Shown here piece by piece: positions 28,167 to 37,722 of a stretch of 55,115 bases of DNA. Under the pieces are notes generated by a model. That model saw nothing but the letters and a program-made list of their open reading frames with translations, was not told the DNA's origin and ran no database searches. The DNA comes from a virus (lineage: Duplodnaviria > Caudoviricetes): positions 1 to 55,115 of IMG/VR virus record IMGVR_UViG_3300047487_000176; one strand, given 5' to 3'. The position numbers and the translations under genes were made by a program. Position 1 is the stretch's first letter, and each line of letters starts with the position of its first letter.

Positions 28167-29231
28167 TCACGAGAGACCGTCGCACGCCATCAGGAGTGCG
28201 CTGATGTGATGCCCGACACGCTCCTCGTCCCCTGACAGGATCGCTTCCACGCCAGACCCGGCGGCGTCGATGGCCCCCGCGTGGACGCTCTCGCAGACCG
28301 CGGCGTCCTCGGCGAACACGGCTCGGTTAAAGTCCACGACCGCCCTGTTGAACACCTCGCGGCGTTCCGCCTGTGCCGGCGAGAGGTCGCCGACCTTCGT
28401 CGCGTAGACCAGAGACGTGAACTCCGTGTCGCCGACGCCAGCCGGCGAGAAGAACTGGACCGATACGCTCATGCCGGCCGCGCTCGCGATTGTGCAGTGC
28501 GGGAAGACCAGTTGGTGGACGTAGCCGGCAGGCTTGTACGGACGCGACGCGAACACGTCCTCCATCGATTCAAGCCACGCCGTGGTCTTCGCGGACAAGG
28601 GCGTCGACCACGACGAGTGCGGGCCGGCGAATGAGAACTCGCCGCCGTTCGCGCCGAGCCGGTGGAACGTCTCCGGGTGGACGTGGCCGACGTGGTACGC
28701 CTCGAGCGTGTTCTCGACGGCGATCTTCCAGTTGCACCGCATCCAGATGCGGTTCGTGTCGAGTTTCTCGCCGCAGGCTTCCGTCATCGCGGCGATCGTC
28801 CCCCAAGCATCTCCGAGCCACGCCTCCAGTTCGATCGCTTTCGTGCGGCAGACGAACACGAGGTTCCCGCACCGGGCCGTCTCGTACACGGCGAGGCCGT
28901 GCTCCGCGAGGTTCACGCCGTCGAAACTGGGCCGCTTCGGCACCCGGCACGGTAGGCCGTCAGGCCCGAACTCCCAGCCGTGGTAGCCGCAGACAAGCGG
29001 GCCGGTCCCGCAGGGCTTCGTGACAAGCCTGTTGAGGCGGTGCGGACAGACGTTCAGGAACGCCTTCAGTTCGCCGTCGACGTTCTGGACGATGACCTTC
29101 CCGCGGACGACGTAGTCGCCGTCTCCGGCGATCTCGTTCGCCATGCAGGCCGGAGTCCAGACGGAGTTCGCAAGCGCCGTCACCTCGCGGGCGTACTGCT
29201 CCTCAGAAGCGTAGTAGGCGGCCGGGATCAT
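28167..29231 (-). CDS. Rieske non-heme iron oxygenase (ring-hydroxylating alpha-subunit family)
   Basis: NVCPHR...CGYHGW Rieske ligands; NWK...ENTLEAYHV..VH and ED mononuclear Fe ligands; ATGA coupling. Confidence 0.9.
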   Translation of the reverse strand: MIPAAYYASEEQYAREVTALANSVWTPACMANEIAGDGDYVVRGKVIVQNVDGELKAFLNVCPHRLNRLVTKPCGTGPLVCGYHGWEFGPDGLPCRVPKRPSFDGVNLAEHGLAVYETARCGNLVFVCRTKAIELEAWLGDAWGTIAAMTEACGEKLDTNRIWMRCNWKIAVENTLEAYHVGHVHPETFHRLGANGGEFSFAGPHSSWSTPLSAKTTAWLESMEDVFASRPYKPAGYVHQLVFPHCTIASAAGMSVSVQFFSPAGVGDTEFTSLVYATKVGDLSPAQAERREVFNRAVVDFNRAVFAEDAAVCESVHAGAIDAAGSGVEAILSGDEERVGHHISALLMACDGLS

Positions 29232-29959
29232 TGTGCTGTCATGCCCCCGTCGATCGTGAGGATGGCCCCCGTCGTCCACTTCTGCCGCAGGAGGTACTGG
29301 ATCGCCTCGGCGACGTCCTCCGGCTCGCCGAGGCCGAGGAGGTGATCGTCGACCACGGCTTGCCACTGCTTCGGAGACATCGTGTGCTCGAGCCGCTCCT
29401 GCATCGGCGTCCTGACGACGCCGGGGGCGACGGCGTTGACCCGGATGCCGGAGGGGGCCAGTTCGACCGCCAGCGCCTTGGTCAGCCCGAGCACTGCCGC
29501 TTTCGACGCGGCGTAGGCGCTCGCAGCGGCCTGTCCGACGATTCCAGCCACGCTCGCCACGAACACGATCGCGTCGGACCCGCCGGCCCGAACGGCCGGC
29601 TGCCGGAACGCCTTGGCGACGTGCCACGCCGTGTGGTAGTTCGCCGCGATCATCTCGTCCGCTTTGGCGTGCGTCTGGTATCGCAGGGGGATCAGCGAGT
29701 GGATGCCGGCGGCGTGGACGACGCCATCGAACTTCCCGTGGACCGCAGCGATGTCCGCGAGCACGTCGTCGGTGCGGTCGCCCAGCGACACGAGGTCGAT
29801 GCTCTTCCAGCCGTGGTTGCCTGCTGGCAGTGCGTCGTGGACTTCCCGCAGGCGGCCGTAGTCCCGGCCGAGCAGGTAGACGTCGTGGCCTCCGGCGGCC
29901 AAGAGTCTCGCCGTGGCGGCCCCGATGCCGCTGGACCCTCCGGTCACGAGGTATCTCAC
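29228..29959 (-). CDS. SDR oxidoreductase, FabG-like ketoacyl-ACP reductase
   Basis: TGGSSGIG, ASV, YAASK, RVNAVAPG, IDGG. Confidence 0.9.
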   Translation of the reverse strand: MRYLVTGGSSGIGAATARLLAAGGHDVYLLGRDYGRLREVHDALPAGNHGWKSIDLVSLGDRTDDVLADIAAVHGKFDGVVHAAGIHSLIPLRYQTHAKADEMIAANYHTAWHVAKAFRQPAVRAGGSDAIVFVASVAGIVGQAAASAYAASKAAVLGLTKALAVELAPSGIRVNAVAPGVVRTPMQERLEHTMSPKQWQAVVDDHLLGLGEPEDVAEAIQYLLRQKWTTGAILTIDGGMTAQ

Positions 29960-30891
29960 TCGGCGACCTCCACGAGGTCGTGGAGCCTCGTCGTGGACAG
30001 GTCGGCGGCGACGGCGCAGTACGACCAGCCACCGCCGAATCCGGCCATGACCGTCTTCCCCTTGCCGCCGGTGGTCACGAGCGCCAGCGGGATCGACGCG
30101 CTCGACACGTTGCCGAACCGCCGGACGACGCCGTCGACCCACTTTGACTCCGGCACGCCGCACTTCTCGCGGAGGTGGCGGAGCATGAACTGGTTCGGCT
30201 GGTGCGGCACGATCTGGTCGACCGTGTCCATCGTCCAGCCGGCCGCAGCGAGCGACTCGGTGACCATCATCGGCACCGTCCGCACCGCGAACTCAAAGAC
30301 CTCGGCGCCGTTCATCTTCAAGTACGCCGTGTCGCCGTGACCGAGCGACAGATGATCCGCCCCGCTCCCGTCGCTGCCGAAGGCGACGTGCATGGGCGGA
30401 GCGTCCTCGTCCCGCTCGAGGATCGTCGCGCTCACTGCGTCGCCGAAGAGAGGCTCGGTCGCCCTGTCGTTCGGCGAGACGACGGTCGACAGGCAGTCGC
30501 CGGCGACCAAGAGGACGCGGGGCACGCCGGCGGCCACGAGGCCGGACGCCACCGCGAGGCCGTAGGTGTAGCCGGAGCACCCTTGGTTCACGTCGAACGC
30601 AGCACACGCCGTGCCGAGATTGAGCCTGCCGTGCAGGACGTTCGCGACCGGGGGGATGCGCTGATCCGGCGTCTGCGTGACGACGACGATCGCCTGCACC
30701 GCCCGGCCGAGCACCTCGCGGCACGCGGCCTCGGCCAAGTCGGTGAGCGTCAGGCGATCGACGACACGACGCTCGCGGACGCCGGTGGCGGCCTCCAGTT
30801 TCGACGCCGCGGCGCCCCAGCGCGACTGATCTCGCACGGTCGAAGGCACGGCCACGGCGATGTCGCGGATCGCGACGCCTTGGATGCTCAT
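29956..30891 (-). CDS. 3-oxoacyl-ACP synthase III (FabH-like)
   Basis: Cys-His-Asn triad: NQGCSG, PHQPN, GNVSSASIP; LFGDA; GFGGG. Confidence 0.92.
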   Translation of the reverse strand: MSIQGVAIRDIAVAVPSTVRDQSRWGAAASKLEAATGVRERRVVDRLTLTDLAEAACREVLGRAVQAIVVVTQTPDQRIPPVANVLHGRLNLGTACAAFDVNQGCSGYTYGLAVASGLVAAGVPRVLLVAGDCLSTVVSPNDRATEPLFGDAVSATILERDEDAPPMHVAFGSDGSGADHLSLGHGDTAYLKMNGAEVFEFAVRTVPMMVTESLAAAGWTMDTVDQIVPHQPNQFMLRHLREKCGVPESKWVDGVVRRFGNVSSASIPLALVTTGGKGKTVMAGFGGGWSYCAVAADLSTTRLHDLVEVAE

Positions 30892-31106
30892 TGGATTCCC
30901 ACGAGCGCGGCCAAGTCGCCGACGGTCCTTGCTTCCATGAGCCGTGCGGCGCTCACGATCACGCCGTACTTCTTGTCGGCCATCGCCATGAACCCCATCG
31001 CGCTCATGGAGTCCCACCCGGCAAGGTGGTTCAGGGACATCTCCGGCTGGCTGGTGCCGGCCGGCTGCTCGACCAGTTGGTCGAGCGCTTCGCAGAACTC
31101 GCTCAT
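30888..31106 (-). CDS. Acyl carrier protein
   Basis: 72 aa, WDSM phosphopantetheine serine, TVGDL end; ATGA coupling on both sides. Confidence 0.85.
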   Translation of the reverse strand: MSEFCEALDQLVEQPAGTSQPEMSLNHLAGWDSMSAMGFMAMADKKYGVIVSAARLMEARTVGDLAALVGIQ

Positions 31107-31714
31107 TGTGGCTTCCTGTAGATAACGGCCGCAGGGACTCCCATCACGGTGGATCGCTCCGGCGCCTCGCGGACGACGACGCTGCCGCTGCCAACGATCG
31201 ACCAGTCGCCGGCGTGGGCGTGTGGCAGGATGCTCGCGTGCGACCCGACGAGGACGCCCTCTCCGAGGCTCGCGTGCCCGCAGATGTCGGCGTGGCTTGA
31301 GATCGAGCAATAGTCGCCGGTCACCGTGTCGTGGCCGACGGTCGCAGCGCAGTTGACCGTCACGAACCGCCCGATGGACGAGCCGACGCTCAGGATCGCA
31401 TGGGGGCAAATCACGCAGCCCTCTCCCATCGCGGCCGGCTCGGTGACGATCGCGGTCGGGTGAACGAGCGTCCAGAACCGCGCCCCGCGACTGCGGAGCC
31501 GCTCACAGACGATCCGCTTGAGGGCCGGCTCGCCGATGCCGCACAGGAAGACGTCGCGAGGTGAGAATACGAGGTCGTCAGGCAGGACGGGCAGGCCGCA
31601 CGCGACGCCCTCGGCCGTGTCGAGGAAGGCGTCCACGTCGATGCCTGCGTCCCGTGCCCAGCGGAGCACCTCGCGGCCGAAGCCGCCGGCGCCCACGATG
31701 TACGTGTTGCTCAC
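31103..31714 (-). CDS. Left-handed beta-helix sugar N/O-acyltransferase (PerB/NeuD/PglD family)
   Basis: GAGGFGREV, IGEP..KR, LVHPTA, GHD catalytic His, hexapeptide repeats, GVPA. Confidence 0.88.
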   Translation of the reverse strand: MSNTYIVGAGGFGREVLRWARDAGIDVDAFLDTAEGVACGLPVLPDDLVFSPRDVFLCGIGEPALKRIVCERLRSRGARFWTLVHPTAIVTEPAAMGEGCVICPHAILSVGSSIGRFVTVNCAATVGHDTVTGDYCSISSHADICGHASLGEGVLVGSHASILPHAHAGDWSIVGSGSVVVREAPERSTVMGVPAAVIYRKPQ

Positions 31715-32016
31715 GGCTGCTTGTCCTCTTGCAGGCGGTAGCCTAAGAACCAGAGGATTCTGCTCACGTCGCGGGCGCTCGCCGTGATCGTCTCCTCGGA
31801 CATCTGCGGGAAGCACACATGGAGCGCCTCGTGGATTTCGGTCTCCATGCGAGTCCGACCTTTCAGCCGCGAGTCGATCAAGACCTTCCGCACCGACGGC
31901 TCGTCGGGCTTGTTCGGGTCAGGCAGGTACGCCCACCCAGCCGCCTGCCCTCGGAGACGGCTATATCGCCACACCCAGCGGGCGCCAGCGATCAGGAAGT
32001 GGTGGGTCGCCGCCAT
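31711..32016 (-). CDS. Small HExxH zinc metallopeptidase-like protein
   Basis: IHEALH followed by a downstream E. Confidence 0.6.
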   Translation of the reverse strand: MAATHHFLIAGARWVWRYSRLRGQAAGWAYLPDPNKPDEPSVRKVLIDSRLKGRTRMETEIHEALHVCFPQMSEETITASARDVSRILWFLGYRLQEDKQP

Positions 32017-32097
32017 GCCGGATAGTGTCCTTGGGACGCCTAGCGTAAGTCAAGTGATGTTTTTTGGTGCTAGCACGCACGCGATGTGCTGCTGCTC

Positions 32098-32643
32098 TCA
32101 CCGATCCTTCACAACGACGACTTGGGCTGCTTTGTGCAGGACTCGCATCTTGAGGCAGTAACACCGCAGAAAAGCGTCAATCCCTTCTTTCGTGTCGATG
32201 CTTCCAAAAGAGTGCTCGTGTGGGATCACGTACCTGTAGTCGTCGAACACAAGAACTCCACCTCTAGTCAGGAGCATCCACGACAGCACGGCGTTTTCAA
32301 GCACAACCCTGCCGTCGTGGTTGCCGTCTATGTAGATGCACTCAAATTCACGTCCTGCTTGAATGAATGATAGGAGTGCCTTCGTGATGTCGGACTTGAC
32401 CATGATGGCGCGACCAGCAGTGTTCTCCGCAAACCTCCGCTCAATGCGCTCATCTAGCCAATGGTCAACGCACGTCAGTTCGTCGCCGTCGCTCATGGCG
32501 TTGCTGATGAGCCACGTCGCCGACCTGCCCTCGTAAGAGCCGAGTTCCAGAAATCGCCTTCGGCCCTGTGGGAGCGCCGGGACGACCACCTTCTCCCATA
32601 CTGGAATCGTGTATGAGTGCCAGTCTGACGTGAACGTGGTCAT
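32098..32643 (-). CDS. Class I SAM methyltransferase (Methyltransf_24-like)
   Basis: LELGSYEGRSA, CVDHW, IYIDGNH, GGVLVFDDY. Confidence 0.85.
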   Translation of the reverse strand: MTTFTSDWHSYTIPVWEKVVVPALPQGRRRFLELGSYEGRSATWLISNAMSDGDELTCVDHWLDERIERRFAENTAGRAIMVKSDITKALLSFIQAGREFECIYIDGNHDGRVVLENAVLSWMLLTRGGVLVFDDYRYVIPHEHSFGSIDTKEGIDAFLRCYCLKMRVLHKAAQVVVVKDR

Positions 32644-33782
32644 CCGTCCTCCATCCTTCCCTGAAAATACCGCAGCGCCAAGTGGCTGTAGTCTTGGTCC
32701 CTCCACACCAGAAGGCCGTCTGGTCGCCTGTCGAGAGGGTATTCTCCGGCCACCATCTGCGGCATGAACAGATAGCGTTCCTCGTACTTTCTGTTGTCTC
32801 GCGAGCCGTGCCATTTGTGGTACACGGTGCCTCGCAGAGTTCCTACAGTCGGCTTCAGCGACAGCATCCGCTCCCGATACGCCTTATAGGACGGCGTCTC
32901 GGCGAATGCGTGGCTTTCGCTTTTTGGCAGCCTCGGCACACCGGGCGTCATTGAAAACACCCACGCCGCGTCTCCTCCGCCAAGCGGGTGCCTGTCATAA
33001 AACCCGCCGCATCGCGCAAAGAATTCCCTCGTCATCGCCCATGCGAATCCGGGGTGAAATCTTCCGAGAAGCGGCTGCTCGCCTTGGCGTATCGCCATCG
33101 CCGACGGCTCCCTGACAAGTTCGATGGCGTTGTCTTTTGAAAGCCACGCCGCCGCCGAGAATGGTTGGATCGCATCGCACTCGTCGAGCGCCTCGCTGGT
33201 TGCGTCGAAGATGTCTCGCCGCGAAAAAAACACGTCCGCGTCGAGGAACAGCATCTTCGGCCGCGACGTCATGCCGGCCGCTAGGTTCCAGAGGTTTTCC
33301 TTCAGAAACAGCACCGAGTCGCTTTGCATCACCTCGGTGCGTACTCTGAGCGGAGTGTGTGCCGGTGATTGGTTTTGCTTGACGACCTGAAGAACGAGTG
33401 GCTCAACGCCAGAGGCCGTGAGCGACTCGCACACCTCGAAAAGCAACCGTGGCGGCGTCTTCCACCCGGCCGGGTTGTAGTGACACAGAATGACGTCGAG
33501 ATCGGATCGTCTCGGCGACCAATACGAAGCCGTTCTGGCCTTGTGGGCCGCCGTGACAATGCGATCCGCAAGGCGGCGGTTGATCGAATGGCCCCGCTTC
33601 GCGGCCTCCTCGGCGAGCCATGCACGTTTCGTTTCGTGGTCAAGTGAGGGGTCGGTGTCTGCCACACGAACGCGGGCCTCGAGCGTTTTGCCGGTGAGTT
33701 TTGCTCCGGCGAGCCGCTCGCATATTCGCCTCGCCCTGCTGCCGGCTAACTGCTGGCCCCGCAACACGGCGTCACCCTCCAC
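32640..33782 (-). CDS. GT-A glycosyltransferase-like protein (start uncertain)
   Basis: LKENLWN, FLDADV, PGFAWA, GGFYD..LGGGD, YHKWHG. Confidence 0.7.
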   Translation of the reverse strand: MEGDAVLRGQQLAGSRARRICERLAGAKLTGKTLEARVRVADTDPSLDHETKRAWLAEEAAKRGHSINRRLADRIVTAAHKARTASYWSPRRSDLDVILCHYNPAGWKTPPRLLFEVCESLTASGVEPLVLQVVKQNQSPAHTPLRVRTEVMQSDSVLFLKENLWNLAAGMTSRPKMLFLDADVFFSRRDIFDATSEALDECDAIQPFSAAAWLSKDNAIELVREPSAMAIRQGEQPLLGRFHPGFAWAMTREFFARCGGFYDRHPLGGGDAAWVFSMTPGVPRLPKSESHAFAETPSYKAYRERMLSLKPTVGTLRGTVYHKWHGSRDNRKYEERYLFMPQMVAGEYPLDRRPDGLLVWRDQDYSHLALRYFQGRMEDG

Positions 33783-35650
33783 CGCATAGACACTGGGTCG
33801 TACAGCAATTCTGCCTGATCGTTCTCATCAAGCGTGCGATTGGTGCCTGCATCCAGAAGAAGTCTGTTTGTAGAGTCGCTCGCGGTTGAGTTGTGGACGA
33901 GCGTCAGGATATTCGTCGCGACATTGATCAGGCGGAGTGCTTTGTTCTCACCGCCGCCAGAAAACCCTGTGATCGACCTGTTCGCGCTGTTTGCTGAGAT
34001 ACGCAGCACCGTCGCCGTGCCCGGCGAGTGGTCGTTGAGGTTGGCCGTGGCCTCTATCGTGTTCCAAATGTACGCGCCGGCCGCCGTCACGTCCGATGCG
34101 CTTATGGTGACCTGACCAGACTTCCCATTGACGCTGGTCACGGAACTTCCTGCCGTACCAGCCGCGGCGCCAGTGATTGTGATGAAACCAGCGGACGTTG
34201 AGATCGTGACGTTGTCGCCGGCAAGGATTGAGAGCGTGCCTGTCTGGGAGTTCAGGCTCTGGACGTAGGAGTGGGCGTGCGTTGATGAGGCAGCCGAGAC
34301 ATCGGTCGCCACGAGCGTGACGGTGCCTGTGCGGCCATTGACGCTACTGACGGGGCCATATTTGGCCGCTTCCGTGACGAAGTCGGTCACATCAGCGGCA
34401 ACGTGGGTGTGGCTCGCGCTGGCCGCAGAGACGTCGGCTGATACAAGGGTGACCGTGCCCGTGCGCCCGTTGACGCTCGATACTGGGCCGACCTTCGCGG
34501 CCTCCGTGGAAAAGTCGGTGATATTCGCGGCGACGTGCGTGTGGCTGGCACTAGCCGCGGAGACGTCGGTCGAGACCAGCGTGACCGTGCCTGTCCTGCC
34601 GTTCACCGAGGACACGGGGCCGAACTTCGCCGCTTCGGTCACGAAATCCGTGATGTTGGCCGCGACGTGGGTATGGCTTGCGGAGGCCGCGGAGACGTCG
34701 GAGGCGACGAGGGTGACCGTGCCTGTACGGCCGTTGACGCTCGACACGGGGCCGACCTTGGCCGCCTCGGTCGCGAAGTCCGTGATGTTCGCGGCAACGT
34801 GGGTGTGAACGGCACTCGCGGCCGACACGTCGGTCGATACCAGCGTGACGGCTCCGGTCCTGCCGTTGACGCTGGTCACCGAGCCGCCGCCTGTCCCGCC
34901 GGCCGACCCTGTGATCGTGATGAACCCTGCGGACGTCGAGATCGTGACGTTGTCGCCGGCAAGAATTGAGAGCGTGCCGGTCTGGGAGTTCAGGCTTTGG
35001 ACGTAGGAGTGGGCGTGCGTCGTCGAAGCGGCCGAGACGTCGGAGGCGACGATTGTGACTGTGCCAGTCCTGCCGTTCACCGAGGACACTGGGCCGTATT
35101 TGGCCGCTTCGGTGGCAAAGTCCGTGATGTTCGCGACAACGTGTGTGTGGCTGGCCGAGGCCGCTGAGACGTCAGTTGAGACGAGCGTGATCGTCCCCGT
35201 TCTGCCGTTGACGCTTGAGACGGCCCCGCCTGTCGTGCCGCCTCCGGCCGAACCGACGATCGTGATCCCGCTCGAGGACGTCGAGATCGTGATGTTGCTG
35301 CCGGCGAGGACGTTGAGCGTCCCGGTGAGGCTGTTGAGGCTCTGGACGTATGAGTGGCCGTGCGTATTGCTGGCGGCCCCGACGTCGGTGGCGTTCAGGA
35401 CGACCGCCCCGGTCTTCCCGTTGACGCTCGAGACTGGGGCGTCTGCGGCGGCGATCGTGAAGACGCCGCTTGTGGTCGTGACGGTGACGTTGTTCCCGCC
35501 GGCCACGAGCAGGCCGGTCACGGCTTGGGCGACCATCGTCCCGATGCCGACGTCGACCGATCCCGGCGAGCCGACGGAGACGCCGATGGTCGTCTCGGCC
35601 ACGCTGGCAACGACGTTTGTCGTCCCGACGACCGTGACGTTGATGCTCAT
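33746..35650 (-). CDS. Ser/Thr/Val-rich repetitive fibre protein
   Basis: Many VSSVNGRTGTVTL..DVSAAS.HTH repeats and three HSYVQSLN repeats. Confidence 0.75.
   Translation of the reverse strand: MSINVTVVGTTNVVASVAETTIGVSVGSPGSVDVGIGTMVAQAVTGLLVAGGNNVTVTTTSGVFTIAAADAPVSSVNGKTGAVVLNATDVGAASNTHGHSYVQSLNSLTGTLNVLAGSNITISTSSSGITIVGSAGGGTTGGAVSSVNGRTGTITLVSTDVSAASASHTHVVANITDFATEAAKYGPVSSVNGRTGTVTIVASDVSAASTTHAHSYVQSLNSQTGTLSILAGDNVTISTSAGFITITGSAGGTGGGSVTSVNGRTGAVTLVSTDVSAASAVHTHVAANITDFATEAAKVGPVSSVNGRTGTVTLVASDVSAASASHTHVAANITDFVTEAAKFGPVSSVNGRTGTVTLVSTDVSAASASHTHVAANITDFSTEAAKVGPVSSVNGRTGTVTLVSADVSAASASHTHVAADVTDFVTEAAKYGPVSSVNGRTGTVTLVATDVSAASSTHAHSYVQSLNSQTGTLSILAGDNVTISTSAGFITITGAAAGTAGSSVTSVNGKSGQVTISASDVTAAGAYIWNTIEATANLNDHSPGTATVLRISANSANRSITGFSGGGENKALRLINVATNILTLVHNSTASDSTNRLLLDAGTNRTLDENDQAELLYDPVSMRWRVTPCCGASS
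34110..35440 (-). repeat. Coding tandem repeats (132-bp / 44-aa core unit plus a longer linker unit)
   Basis: Visible in DNA and protein; same unit recurs at about 24710-24990. Confidence 0.85.
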
Positions 35651-36015
35651 GGGTTCGCCACTGTCACGGTGCCGGAGAGAACGGTCCTCGTGACCTGCCC
35701 GGTATCAACCCACCGCAAGTACCAGCGGTAGGCGATCGCCGGCGAGAGCGCGGCGGTCTGTTGCTCGGAGAGGCCGATCGTGATCTGGCCTGCGGCGAGG
35801 TTTGTGTTCGAGATGGAGAAGGTTGCCGCCGTCTCGCCGATGCCCGTCACGAACCCGGTCCCGCCGCCGCCGGAGGCGTAGACGGCGGTGACGTAGACGG
35901 CCGTCGTGATCGTGTACCCGGTGAGGTCGCGATCGAAGTCGAGCGCGATGGCAACCTCATCTGCGGCCACAAAAGTGACGTCGAGGGTGCCCGGTAGTTG
36001 CGAGAAAGTAGCCAT
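35647..36015 (-). CDS. BppU-N-like fibre attachment protein
   Basis: MATFSQLPG; paralogue of 25569-25892; TAAAAT 6 nt before ATG. Confidence 0.6.
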   Translation of the reverse strand: MATFSQLPGTLDVTFVAADEVAIALDFDRDLTGYTITTAVYVTAVYASGGGGTGFVTGIGETAATFSISNTNLAAGQITIGLSEQQTAALSPAIAYRWYLRWVDTGQVTRTVLSGTVTVANP

Positions 36016-36064
36016 TAGTCCATTTTAGCCTTTCTGCGGGCGTTTTATGACGGTGCGTGGCACG

Positions 36065-36367
36065 TCAATTCAACCCGTACCAGCGGGCGGCCCTGTTCAG
36101 CACTCGCTCGATCTTGTCTTGCTGCTGGTAGCCCCACTGGTTGAGCCACCTCTGTCGCTTCGCGCAACCGCAGTCCTTGACGCGGAGCCACTGCCTCACG
36201 CGATCCTTACTGATGCCGATGCGGGTGAGCATCCGTTCGACGAGGTCGCCGACGGCGATGCGAGGCAGGCGGCGACCGGACGAACATCTCCGGTACGTTG
36301 GCAGGCGCAGCGCTTTGTGCCCGCACCGCACGCACGCGAGCGTCTGGGTGTCATAGTTGCAATTCAT
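36065..36367 (-). CDS. Small Cys-rich protein
   Basis: CVRC, GDLVE, DCGCAKRQRWLN. Confidence 0.6.
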   Translation of the reverse strand: MNCNYDTQTLACVRCGHKALRLPTYRRCSSGRRLPRIAVGDLVERMLTRIGISKDRVRQWLRVKDCGCAKRQRWLNQWGYQQQDKIERVLNRAARWYGLN

Positions 36368-37374
36368 GGAGCCAGTATCTCGACACTGAACGAACAGGCT
36401 GCACTTGTGGCGTTGTCGCTGTCGATTGCCGTCGTCATCACGGCATCTTGTGCCTCAACGACGGCTACGGAATTGCACTCGGGCACTGTCGCGGATTGCC
36501 CGTCGCCAAACGGGTCTCCGGGCGGACGTGTGCGAAATTGAATTGAGGCAGACAGCGATCCTGAAATGTCTCCTCGCAGGTCGCAATTCGGTTCGCTCAG
36601 AACGGTCGTGCTGTTGGCAAAGAAACTCAAAAGCACAGGCGCAGATTCGTTTGCAGCAAGGCCGTTGTCGTACAAGTCGCCCAACGGGTTCCCGTTCGCT
36701 CCTGTGTTGGTCAACTGTCCCGGTATGCCGTAGTACGTCTGGCAGTGGGCGTAGGCGAGATTAAAGTTGACGGCGGTCTGGACAGTCACGGAGACTTTGT
36801 ACTGCGAGCCCGGCATCAACAGGCTCGGAGAGCCATTTGCTGTTGACGTGTAAAGCGTCTGGCCCGGGTCAGATGCGTACACCGCGATAAGCATCCCGGG
36901 CACAAACACCGGAGGGGTAAAGGTGCCTGTTTCTGTGTCTCCGTCCCAATCCCCACAGGTGTATTCGTCGCACGAAGGCTGGTACAAGTATCCGCAGTTA
37001 GTGCTGCTAGTCTGCTGCTTGTCATTTCCCAGAAACGTGCTTGAAAACTGCAAGACGTAGTCGCCCTCCATTTCGTCGCAACTCGGCGTCACCTCGAGAC
37101 AAGGGCGATTGGGTATACAGTCGTTTGGCCCGGCAGCGCGGTCCTGCGCTGTCGACACGGCGTTGGATAGCCGCACTGTGATCTCGCTTGGTTGAGTTCC
37201 GGCACAGCACCAGTTGGCAGTGTTCCTGTATGCGGTGCCGCTTGCAAAATCTGCGAACCCGCAAACGCAATTACAGCAATCCGAGCAAGCCCCAAACAAA
37301 AAACCGACCGGGTACATCGCGGCCGCCATGAGCCACGACGACCACAGCACAAGCGAGAGTGGGTCGTCGATCAT
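36364..37374 (-). CDS. Cys-rich tail-tip associated protein
   Basis: Hydrophobic N-terminus, CSDCCNCVC; lower GC; ATGA coupling. Confidence 0.55.
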   Translation of the reverse strand: MIDDPLSLVLWSSWLMAAAMYPVGFLFGACSDCCNCVCGFADFASGTAYRNTANWCCAGTQPSEITVRLSNAVSTAQDRAAGPNDCIPNRPCLEVTPSCDEMEGDYVLQFSSTFLGNDKQQTSSTNCGYLYQPSCDEYTCGDWDGDTETGTFTPPVFVPGMLIAVYASDPGQTLYTSTANGSPSLLMPGSQYKVSVTVQTAVNFNLAYAHCQTYYGIPGQLTNTGANGNPLGDLYDNGLAANESAPVLLSFFANSTTVLSEPNCDLRGDISGSLSASIQFRTRPPGDPFGDGQSATVPECNSVAVVEAQDAVMTTAIDSDNATSAACSFSVEILAP

Positions 37375-37721
37375 GTTGCCGTCCCGCACACTGCCGCGAT
37401 GAGAAACCACGCTGTGCCGTCCTTCGCAATAGCGCAATCGCCACTGCTCGTAGGTGCAGGAACAGCGGCGAAGAGGTTGAGCGCATTCACCGTATTCGTC
37501 GCCCCCGGCACATACTTGAAGTTGACCGTCTTCGTCTCATTGATCGCCCACGACCCGGTGAATGTGCAAATCCGAAACACCTTCGCCGACCGCGCTTCCT
37601 CGCCCTCGAGGATGACCTGAGTTCGCCGGAACCCTGAGCCGATAGGCTCCCCGTCGACGCGGTCGATGGTGCGTCGTATCTGCGAGAGCAGGTTCGGGCC
37701 AAGGAGGAAGCCTTCGGCCAT
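37371..37721 (-). CDS. Minor tail protein
   Basis: Position in tail-tip operon. Confidence 0.5.
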   Translation of the reverse strand: MAEGFLLGPNLLSQIRRTIDRVDGEPIGSGFRRTQVILEGEEARSAKVFRICTFTGSWAINETKTVNFKYVPGATNTVNALNLFAAVPAPTSSGDCAIAKDGTAWFLIAAVCGTAT

Positions 37722-37722
37722 G

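Noticed and set aside
28167-29231. Aromatic-degradation dioxygenase
   Set aside because: No beta subunit, ferredoxin or ring-cleavage genes; coupled to the ACP operon
28167-30032. 621-aa Rieske fusion and other N-terminally extended ORF-track starts
   Set aside because: Extensions are Arg/Pro-rich off-frame overlaps; true starts coincide with ATGA/GTGA couplings
29228-31106. Auxiliary membrane fatty-acid synthesis
   Set aside because: No FabB/F, FabZ, FabI or FabD; context with a sugar acyltransferase points to short acyl tailoring
34110-35440. CRISPR array or DGR template/variable repeats
   Set aside because: Repeats are in-frame coding units with mostly synonymous differences; no spacers, cas genes or reverse transcriptase seen
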